A model generated the notes under the pieces. That model saw only the letters and a list, made by a program, of their open reading frames with translations, ran no database searches and was not told the origin of the DNA. The position numbers were made by a program, and so were the translations under genes. This document shows, one piece after another, positions 13,543 to 23,322 of a DNA stretch of 32,783 nucleotides. The stretch lies in contig WELB01000009.1 in assembly GCA_009602725.1 (NCBI GenBank), forward strand, positions 1,124,080-1,156,862, in the 5' to 3' direction. The stretch comes from Spirogloea muscicola (lineage: Eukaryota). Position 1 is the first letter of the stretch; each line of letters opens with the position of its first letter.

Positions 13543-15037
13543 GGCGCCGCCGGCGGGGAGCCGGGAGCCGCCTCCCGGCGGAGGCGCGGCTGCCGAGCTC
13601 GGCGCCAGCCTGCCCTGGAGCCCCGTCGACGCCGTGTGGGAGGTGCGGCCCCGGACCTGCAGCAGCCCCGCCATGGTGCCTGAATTGACATATTTATGAT
13701 CATTAGGAATTGAACCTCGTACCTGAACCTTGAAACTCTTAAGGAGCGCCGAGGAAAGACATCCCAACTGCAGCCTCCGCGAAGCAGCAATCCTGCCAAT
13801 GCGCCAAACCCCTTAAACCCTCAGAGCTCATGACGCCCACACCCGTCGAACCTCAGATCTGAAAACCTCAACTCTTAACTCTGGGTGAGGGGCTGACACC
13901 CCACCTGCAGCTCGTGGGCGGCAGCAGGCCTCGGAGGCGGACGCCATGGCCAGCAGCGCGCTGCGGCGGCGGCTCGCGCCGCCCTGGCGCGTCCTGCTGC
14001 TCAGCGACGGCTCCGTGACGCGCCACCTGCAGCTCCTCGCCGACTGCGGCGCCATCGCCGCCGACTGTTTCCAGATGGCGCCGATTGGGCACAGCGTCGT
14101 CGGCCTCCCGCCTGCCGTCGCCCTCATCCCGGGGCCCCGCCTGCAACGCCAGGTGCGCTGGTGCCGCCAGCAGACCCCCCTGTCAGCAGCCCTTGTGTTG
14201 CATTGTTGTTGACCTTATTATAGATGGTAGTAAGCACTATCTACAAGTAGTTGATGCATTGCAGTCGAGGTGATGGCGCAGTGTCTCAGCAGTATGTTGC
14301 TAGTGTAGGCCGGAGTCAGGTCAAGACTTATGTAGTTGAGTCAGTGCGTGCTTGCTGAAGCAGGTGTTCCTGCGGAGCTCCTCGGGGCAGGCGTTGGTGT
14401 ACGCAGCATCGTGGTGGGCCACCGATACGGCGGCAGCGGTCCTTCAGCAGGTTCAGCGGCCCATGTGGGTGAGCCTAAGCGCGCAACGCGCCGAGCTCTT
14501 CCGTGATGTCCAGCGTCTCTACCTCGGCTACTCCAAGCCACTTGAGAGGTATGCGCGTCTGCGGGTTTTCTTGGACCCTTTGCTTCAATCTGGCCTGCAG
14601 TCACCTCACTCCTACTTGATAAGTCACGAAGTCTCTGAGCAGCCAACAGCCAGACAATTCATGCTGGACGGATTTTCAATATTGCTTATGCCAACCTGCC
14701 GCTGTCAGACCTGACGGAACCAGTAGCGGATTGTTCCAGGATCCCTACTGTCTGACTCATGATGTACTTTCATGGGTAATTTGGTGGCAGTATTTGACCT
14801 TCATTCCCACATAGTCACCTTACACTTCAATCTCGAGCTCACGGTGAGTCACAGTGAGTCATGTGCAGGGCGTTTGGCACAGAAGGCCCCTTTTGGGCGA
14901 GGCACTACGTGTTCTACCGCGATGGCAAGGCCATCACACTGATCTACGAGGTCTTCTCGCCCGCACTTGACCAATACCTTGGTCCATCAGAGCTTGACAA
15001 GCATTCATCACTAGGCCTGCCATCGCAGCCTTCCTGA
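13543..15037 (+). CDS. ycf21: Ycf21/DUF98 family chorismate pyruvate-lyase-like protein, nuclear-encoded; exons <13543-13642, 13928-14152, 14364-14548, 14869-15037
   Basis: Spliced product: LPWSPVDAVWE|ASEADAMASSALRRRLAPPWRVLLLSDGSVTRHLQLL...PGPRLQRQ|VFLRSSSGQALVYAASWW...ELFRDVQRLYLGYSKPLER|AFGTEGPFWARHYVFYRDGKAITLIYEVFSP. This matches the cyanobacterial and red-plastid Ycf21 pattern (LAPxWxxLLLGDGSxTRHLQLL, YAxSWW, GPFWGRHY...LTLIYEVFSP). GT-AG introns in phase; TGA at 15035-15037. Confidence 0.88.
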
Positions 15038-15451
15038 GCACGTCACTTCTGCGATTACGTTACTGTGAAGCACAGTGCTGATAAATGTGTGGTCGCTTCT
15101 GGCTTAAGGACTCGGTCAACTCTCTTTAAAGTGCTGAGCTACAGGGTGCACAAGGGCTACTGGGTGCAGGGTATGCCCATCCTCCCATTGTTTTGAAGCC
15201 TCCGCCTATAGTCTATGGAGCTTGTTGCCAGTATCACAGCTCCATTGGACGTATTAGTGCAGTAGCAGGGGCACAGAGTCGAGAATGTTCCAGCCTCCTA
15301 TGGTTAAGCAAAAAAAGTCCCACCTGAAATCAGCAAACCCCCGCTTTCTCTGTCCACGGTACTTTCATGAATGATATGAGTACATGGCCATGTGCCATAT
15401 GAGCACATGTCTACACTTGCTAAATAAAGCCAGCAATGGCCGGAAGATCTG

Positions 15452-18400
15452 CTATGGAGTGGAGGCAGGGAGGCCGCAGTACTTGGCAGGGCTGCAAATG
15501 CGAGCGCGGCAGCTCTCTGCATCCACTCCGCAGTCGGACTCAATCCGGCAAGTGTGATCACGCCGCCTGTCAGCAACATGGCAGGCGCTCCGGGGGTGCC
15601 AGGCAGTGGACCCTGTGTGCGCACCTGGCCTCAAGTCCGGGCACATGCGGTGGCTCATAGCTGACCCCTTCTTCGACTGTGCAAGAGTTGTCAAGGAGAG
15701 GTTTAGGATTCACATAAACCAGCCCAGTGGCAAGTCCTTTACTGTAAGCATGGACGCTCTTTAACGGCCTTGGAGTCAGTGAATGCTTTGGGACGCTGCA
15801 AACAATTCGAAAGCAGAGCACACCAGAGAGCTCCACCATAAGTCACCTGCTTGCCACGACTGGTGACCGTGACATTGCCAGACTTCGCTCGTTGTCGGTG
15901 CCAGGCCTTGAGCACAGGCAGGGGGTGGCCCTCTGTTGAAAAGATGTAATTCCCTCCTTTCATGAAGGTGTCATCAAAGAGTAGGTATAGGTATTTACAC
16001 CTGCAAGTCTTCTCCACTCAAATTCAGCACTTTTCTTCTCATTGAGCATACTTCACAGGTGTCATCACATTCATACTGTAGGAATAGGTGACAGACTGTG
16101 ATACTGCATATATACCACCAGTAGCAGGATGATCCTATTTGCAGTTGCTGCTTGCAAAATTGCAATTGAGAGGCTGACATGGGCGGGCTGCATACAGGAC
16201 CAGCCTTGAGCAAGAGTAGGACCTCACGTTTCAGCTAGGAAGAAGCTGTGCTGGTGGTCTTCTAACTCCATTGTGGTGACATCACGCACACTAGCAAATC
16301 CTCCAGCTACACGGGTCAACACGTTTAAAGAATTCACAATCGTCCTTCCCACCTCCAGGTACCAGGGATCTGTTCACTGGCTTGGTCAGAGTCAGTGCTA
16401 AGGCCTCCCACTACATGCCACAAATTCCAGCCTCTCAATATCAGATGGAACGCAATGCTTACTCACTCAAGCGCCTTGTATGCAGTATGCAGATCGAATA
16501 GTGCGCCGAGAACCACAGGGGCATGCAATTGATCAATCAGTGAAAAGCAGATGGTGACCTTCACGGCCAAGGAAAAGGTTGGAGTACCTTGTGTTGCCTG
16601 GTACAAAGCAAACGTTGACTCCGCGAGCTCAGGCCTAAGCGGGTAATATCTCTCAGTAGGATGAGGTACTTGGTGGCTGTAAAAGTACCTGTTACAAGGA
16701 CTAGAAAGGGTTCTGAAAAGCTGGACGCAAGTGTCACCCCTTAGGCAAGTGGCGTAGCAGCCACAGGCTGTACAGCCTAGGCACCTGTCTCCTTCACCAG
16801 AAAACGTGAAGAAGGTGCAGTCAAGGAACAAGCATGACCTTTCTGGGAAGATCCCAAACTTCTCCCAGACACTGAAGAAGCTCCGGTGACTCTCATTGGC
16901 AGCAGATACGTCTCCCATCAGGACCTACCACAATATCCCACAAAGACATCCGAGTCAGACCAAACATGAGGAACTGAAGTTCTGCCAACGGAGGGAAGTG
17001 GCCCAGGGGGCACATGCCTTACCTGGACAGCAGGCCAGAAGGCCTGCAGACTAGTGAATTGCAGATGAGTAGGCTGCCCTGTGTGCATGTCTGCTTCATG
17101 GTACCTGAGGTTGTTGATGTATGTCCAGACCACCAACCCATCAACTTTGACTTATCAAACTTACAATGGAAGTTACTCTTCAAGTAGAGGTTTCTATGTA
17201 CACAATAAGCAGCTTCTCCTGGCTCACAGCGTAAGGGATGTGCTGTAGCAGCTTTGCAGGTAAACAAAAGTATGTAAGTCAAATTGCAGATTGAGGCTGA
17301 TTGTACCAGGGCCCTGATCTGTAGTGCTGCTGGACAGCTGAATAGGCCGTCTGGAACATATGCCAGTACTCGTCTTCGCCAAAAAGGATGTGAGCTTTCA
17401 AAAGGTACTCAAAGAAAGAGTCAACACCTGCAGGCACGTGCTACTTTGAGTGACTAAGAAGCTCAGGTGGGTCCTCACTTCGACAATTGAGATCTCATAA
17501 TAGTGACTAGGATCTGTAAGATAGGCGAGCATAATTGATCAAGAGCAAGGTTGAGATTTCAGAGACTTTGAGACTAGCCAAGTTGAGCAGTCATTAAACA
17601 ACGATCTAAGTAGTGGATGAGCAATCATGTGAAGCTACCCAACAATTGTCGAGATACCAGCCAACATGCATCAGCTATTCCAGTGTGGGCAGTGAAATAG
17701 TAGAAGACAAAGTGAACACGAAGGCCATGCTGACGTGATCTATACCTGCCCCTATACCAGAGGATTGTTCAATCCATTCTCCTGTCTCTACATTCAGGGT
17801 TGTGCCAACAAGGTTCAAGCTGCTCCGCATGCCCCACAGCTTTCTAAGAGCTCTGAGGGCAACGGACTCATAGATGTCATTCTTGGTGAGGCGGGATAAG
17901 ATCCCAAACTCGAGGATAAACGATCCTGCAAGAAGACGGCCAAAGAGACAATTGCCTTTGGTCAATGTCCTACAAGACTTCTGAACACAAATGGAAAAGG
18001 AAAAGGCTTGAGTTCTGGCACAATAGAGAAAGAGAAAAACAATATGAGGTGAGCACACTCCCTAAGCCTGATATCTGATTGATAGCAGATCCAGCAAAGT
18101 CAATCATTACTGACATCTACAGAAAGTCCTAAAGTAGATTTTACCACAGCCTGCCGTGCTTGTCTCTGCTGTTTCATTTTCCCTGACACCGTGCTGCACA
18201 CACGCCAGCTCATGCAGGTCAGAAGGATGCAGAAGGATGATCTCCTTACTTATGTCATGTCGTAAGGAGCTTTATCCAAGCACTCAAATACACTATCTGA
18301 CATCAATACCAACAAAACATGAGTGCATGTGCACGCACTTGTGGTGGATCCGTGGAGCCAATACACTTGCCTTGAGATTGACCCAAGCATATGGGATGCC

Positions 18401-20013
18401 TGTGGGACTCTGGAAAGCTGGAAGAAGGCGCCGTCCTAGATCCTCTGCCAGTACCAGGAGGCGCCCGTCATACCACTTTTGAAGCAACTTGCTCCCAGGA
18501 CTCTTGGCTAGTAGATGTGCCGAAAGCAATCCTCCCAGTATGCGAATATTACACTGTCATGCACACTAGATACACATGTCAGGCTGACCACAAACATGCA
18601 CCGCTTTCACACCTATGTGGTTGTCTTACTGTGTCTGTGACATGTGTGTCTGTGTCCGAGGCTGGTCCCTAAGCTAATACGCACTTGCATGTGAACATTG
18701 GATCAAATCTTTACCTCAAACACATTGACCCGCACATCAGTATCAAAAGAAATGGATTTGCTGAGCCATTCTATGGACTTCTCAAATTCTGATCCATTTC
18801 CAAGCACTGCAAGACTGCCAGCTATGGAGCTTGTCAGTTTGTCATATGTCCTGTACACATGAAGAAATCTTGGACGGCAGACAGATTCAGAACTCCACAT
18901 ATATATGAAGGTCTTTGATTCACCTTGTCAAGGAATCTATAAGGGTGAGAGCTGTTCCATTGTATGTCTCAGACAAATGCTCCAACTGCATCATGTCACG
19001 GAGTAAAGCAGGTTACACAAAGTCAAGTATATCCCACTTCAGAAGATATCACAGGACAGAGGATGCAGTAAGCACAGGTACACCGACTATACAACAGTGT
19101 GATTGTTTTCTAACAGAGGGCTGTTTATGAGAATTGTATTAACATGTGAATGTCAAATACCTGCAGATTGCCAAGCTCCCCAAGGGAGTCCGTGTACGAC
19201 TTCGTCAGAGGTTTCAGCTCGTCGTGCTATCACCAAGTGCGCAGAGTAACCCCTCAATCAGCTCTCATCCACAGCCTTGTGATCATTTGGCTTGCCACGT
19301 ATTCACACAAGGTTGGATGATACATCTTGTGTAAGTTCCCTTCAAGGTCTGGCTTGCAGCAGTTGTCTGGTTCTGTGAGCTTCAATCAGCCAGACTATGC
19401 AATTCGCTGTCCTCATTAGCCAGCTTGGACGAGCTTCCACTTACAGGAAAAGCGTGCAGCATGTAGTTGTCATAAGCGTGGTAGAACCTGTGTAAAGCGC
19501 AAAATTGTCTGGCACTAATTAAAAAAGAGGTGCAGGGTAAATAGTACACAGTGAAGCGTGCAAAATAATATAAGCAATTCGGGAGGACAGGCAAGCGACC
19601 ACTCTATAATTCTTAGCACGAAGACGAGCCACGACGTCTGGTATCACTGGATGATGAAGGGAAAGGGATGTGAATAGGGATGAAAGGAACGACTGTGAAT
19701 CTGATCTGTTACGATATCTGCTTTCTCCACTGATAGAGCTTGGCGAAAAACAGCAATCAATGTCGAATTGCTGTGGAAAAGCGACGGCCGCTCGTCGTGG
19801 ACAAGTCATTGGCCACAATGGAAGGTAGAGTGGTTCGCAATTGTCGCTTTAGATGGGCAGCTATTGGCCTCGAACAAGGAGGAAAGGCGCGTACATCTGG
19901 CGGACGTCCTCTCGTAGCGCCGCCTTGTCCTCCAGGAGCATGGCCATCGCAGAGCGCGCGGCGAGGACGAGCAGGAGGAGCAGCCGCGCGAGCGGGAAGC
20001 AGCCCCCCACCAT
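15452..20013 (-). CDS. MNS5: Class I alpha-1,2-mannosidase (GH47), EDEM-like ERAD mannosidase MNS5; ~15 exons
   Basis: Signal or anchor peptide MVGGCFPLARLLLLLVLAA. GH47 motifs MFYHAYDNYM..AFP|HDELKPL, VFE|CNIRILGGLLSAH, SPTGIPYAWVNL, GAG|VDSFFEYLLK, YYPLRPELAEST, SFFLAET|CKYLYLLF, FSTEGHP. Cys-rich last exon (15677-15452, SACHV...CGVDAESCRARICS..YCGL) is typical of plant MNS5. Confidence 0.93.
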
Positions 20014-20601
20014 CGCCGGCAGCCCTGCGGAGGGCCTCCGGCACCATGGGCGGCGCCGCGAGAGGACCTCCCGCTGTCGAAGCTCCGCCGTCGCAGAGGC
20101 GGGCAGTGGCTGCCACGCCGCCAGTGGCGCCGCCTGTGGCGCGAGGCCGCCACGCCGAGGCTGGTCGCCGCTCTGGAGTAGGACCCGTCTGATCAGGTCA
20201 GAAGTAGGTCGCTGCATACAAATAATAATGCGTGTGTATTAAGAGATGGGGAGGCCATGTGTGGCCAAGTACAAAGGCAAGCACATTGGACAAATGTACG
20301 TCACCTGCTGCTAAGCTGATCCGCTCAGTAACCACGAGTCAGCACATAAAATGCGTGTGTATTAAGAGATGGGGAGGCCATGTGTGGCCAAGTACATATT
20401 TAGGCCGAGGCTATTTCTCGCTTCAGCGGGAAAGAGCTTGCCCATTGAGGATAGGGGCTGGAACAGCCAGCCCAAAAAAGAATGAGCAGAGTACAAGAAG
20501 CCCAAGAAGAAGGGGGCCAGGCGAAGCACTAAGGCGAAGCACTAAGTACAAAGGCAAGCACATTGGACAAATGTACGTCACCTGCTGCTAAGCTGATCCG
20601 C

Positions 20602-20940
20602 TCAGTAACCACGAGTCAGCACATAGAGGTCGCTAGCTGACGCTCGAATACCGGACGGCTAGCTCTTGTGCCAGCAGCTAAGGCTCGACCAGCTTTCTGA
20701 TGCAGAGCATTCGCCTGAGCTCGCTGCAGAGAGGTTGACACTCGACGTCGCAGAAATGACAGATAGGCTGCCGGCATACCCATCTGGGCTGGGAGCATAT
20801 CCTCGCGTCTTGCATATCCCAGACTCGCTATGTTCCTCGAGTAGGGTATGGAAGCGAGGACCCAAGCAGCCGAAAGTGTCGATTGCAGCCGGGAGGAGGT
20901 GGTCACTGCGGGGAATACAAAGGTCCGGGTGATCGACAAA
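20602..20940 (-). pseudogene. Frameshifted RLE endonuclease C-terminal fragment (copy A)
   Basis: HLLPAAIDTFGCLGPRFHTLL / YLSFLRRRVSTSLQRAQANALHQKAGRALAAG / ASDLYVLTRGY*, which is homologous to 22781-23200. Confidence 0.7.
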
Positions 20941-21443
20941 AAGTGGCTCTCTCAAACGAAGAATGTGCTCGCCCAGAGAAAAGATGAATTTTCGTGTATT
21001 TGAAACAAACGAAGGCCAAATGGCCAAGTACAAAGGCAAGCACATCTAAGACCTATATAACCTACAACAGAATGAAGAAAGAGCTCGCCCACTCAGGATA
21101 GGGGCTGGAACAGCCAGCCCAAAGAAGAATGAGCAGAGTACAAGAAGCCCAAGAAGAAGGGGGCCAGGCGAAGCACTAAGGCGAAGCACTAAGAAAGAAG
21201 CACACAAGAAGAAACAAAGCAGCTACTAACTACTCAGTAACCCCTGCTAAGCAGGAATGACCCAATCAGTACCCGCGGGTCAAAACATAAAGGTCGCTAA
21301 TCGATGCCTGAGAAAAGAGGGGCTGGCAGAAGCCAGCCGGAAAAGAATGGACAAAATCCAAAGAGCTCCAACAGATGCCAGAAAGAAGGGGAAAGACACA
21401 GCTAGGCATCTAGACAAGTAGACACGACGAATCCACAGGAAGC

Positions 21444-21603
21444 TCAATACCCGCGGGTGAGCAACATCAGGTCAGAATAGCTCGAAGCTGGAAAAGAAGC
21501 ATTCAGACGCGACCCAGAAGCAGCCCCGAGAGCGCGGCCTGCACGCGAGTGGACGGCATGGGCGAGCACTTTCTCATGGGCGCGGGAGCGTTGGAGGGAC
21601 ACG
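21444..21603 (-). pseudogene. RLE endonuclease C-terminal fragment (copy B)
   Basis: VSLQRSRAHEKVLAHAVHSRAGRALGAASGSRLNASFPASSYSDLMLLTRGY*. Confidence 0.7.
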
Positions 21604-22295
21604 AAGAAAAGCTCTTCCCAAATCACGGCAATGGCTGTGAGAGGCCAGCCAAAAGGAATGTACAGGGCTCTTTCAAGGCGATGGAAAAGCGTGTGCAGTA
21701 AGAGATGAAGGGCCTGTGTGGCCAGGGGTGCGAGGGCTGTGAAAAGCCAGCCCAGAAAAAGTGACAATTGGACAATTTGTTCGGTGGATCTAGACAAGCG
21801 TCTAACTGTCGGGGTCGACTTGTATGAAAAGAGGGCGGGCGGTGCGCATAAGATGGAAGTGATGCCAAAGCAAGCCACTACACTGTGGATGAAGAACAAG
21901 GGGAAACAGAGGACTTTTACCATTGCGTGGAAGCTACGAAAGGGTACTTGATTACCTCAGTGGGCTTACGCAAAGGCCACCATAGCGGCTAGCTGCGTGG
22001 GAGCTATACGCAAATGTAGAAGTGATGAATCGAAGCAGCTTCTGCTAAAGGGAGCGAGGGCTGTGAAATGCCAGCCCACAACTAAGAGGCACATCCAGCA
22101 GGCAGGCATCCTTTCGTCTCTACTCTTTCCTGCTCCTTTGCTTTCATTCTTTGCTCATTCTTTTGTGTCCTCCAACACAAGGCAAGGGCTGTGAATAGCC
22201 AGCCCAGAAAGAATGGACAAGGTCTGAAGAGCCGAAAGAAAGAAGAAAGGCACCTAGACCACACAAACATGCAAGAGACTACAACGGATGGGAGC

Positions 22296-22400
22296 TTAGT
22301 AACCCCGTGTTAGCAGCAGCAAGTCGGAGTGACTGGCAGCTTGAGAAGAGGCACCCCAACGAGACCCGAAGCAACAGCCATAGCGCGGCCTGCCCTCAAT
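22296..22400 (-). pseudogene. RLE ORF terminal fragment (copy C)
   Basis: LRAGRAMAVASG.../AASHSDLLLLTRGY*, with one frameshift. Confidence 0.6.
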
Positions 22401-22780
22401 GGGCAAGCATTCTATTCTAGGGGGCCAGGGGAAGCGCTAAGAAAGACAAGCACGCAAAGAAACGAAGCAGCTACGAATCACTCAGTACCCCCTGCTAAGC
22501 AGGCGCAGGCCAGGGGAAGCGCTAAGCGCTAAGCGCTAAGAAAGGGGCTCTCGAAAGGGGGAGGGCTGTGATAAGCCAGCCCAAAATAGTGGACAAGGCC
22601 CAAAGCGTCCCCCTGTTGGAACGTGGAGGCAGCAGCCAAGACGAAGAAGAAAGAGCTCGCCCATTGAGGATAGGGGCTGGAACAGCCAGCCCAAAAAAGA
22701 ATGGACAAAGTACGAGAAGGGAGCCAGGGGAAGCGCTAAGAAAAACAAGCACAAGAAGAAACAAAGCAGCAACGAATGAC

Positions 22781-23200
22781 TCAGTAATTCCTGCTGAGCA
22801 GCCGCAGATCAGAGATGCTAGGGTCCTGGAAGTGGGTCCCCTGGACAGAGCCAGAGGCAGCAGCTAGGGCTCTCCCGGCACGAAGGTGCAGCGCACGGGC
22901 CATGGACCTCTGCAGCGAGACGGCCAAGCGCATGCGATACACTTGCGCCAGCGACCCGGCTGCAGGAAAGTCTACCGGTTCACCATGGAAGCGACAGGCG
23001 ATTGCGTGGCGGGCGAGCTGGTTAAGTAGCTCAAGTCACCGAGCGCCCAGTGCCCCATGGATGTCAATTGCCAACGGGAAGAACTCGTCTTCCGGCGGAT
23101 GGTCGGCGTACTTGATCTCTTTTGCCCGAGCGGCGCAGGCGACCGCATACCCAGCCTTGGTGGCCAAGACGCGGCCTGCTCGGCAGTGCAAAAGCCAAGG
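22781..23200 (-). pseudogene. Longest RLE endonuclease C-terminal fragment (copy D), one internal stop
   Basis: AGYAVACAARAKEIKYADHPPEDEFFPLAIDIHGALGAR*LELLNQLARHA...YRMRLAVSLQRSMARALHLRAGRALAAASGSVQGTHFQDPSISDLRLLSRNY*. It contains the KxxKY, FxPxxx[DE]xxGxxG and LxVxLQR motifs typical of RLE domains of early-branching non-LTR elements. Confidence 0.78.
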
Positions 23201-23214
23201 AACGCTGCAGAGAA

Positions 23215-23322
23215 AAGTTGGCTCTTTCAAGGGGGCGAGGCTGTGAAAAGTCAGCTCCATGGCGTTTTAAGTTGGCTCTTTCAAGGGGGCGAGGCTGTGA
23301 AAAGTCAGCTCCATGGCGTTTT
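23215..23322. repeat. Perfect 2 x 54 bp tandem repeat, each unit an element 3'-terminal hairpin module
   Basis: aagttggctctttcaagggggcgaggctgtgaaaagtcagctccatggcgtttt at 23215-23268 and 23269-23322. Confidence 0.95.

Noticed and set aside
13806..13822. Telomere-like or telo-box AAACCCT motifs (also ~12475-12490)
   Set aside because: Only one or two imperfect units, intronic, not an array.
21715..21753. HDV-like ribozyme (minus strand GGCTGGC...CAGCCCTCGC resembles the HDV 5' half)
   Set aside because: The 3' strands of P3 and P1, the J1/4 GG and the J4/2 catalytic segment are missing, and the motif sits at element 3' ends rather than 5' ends.
22021..22230. C/D box snoRNA (GTGATGA at 22022)
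   Set aside because: No suitably spaced CTGA or terminal stem, and it lies within repeat debris.
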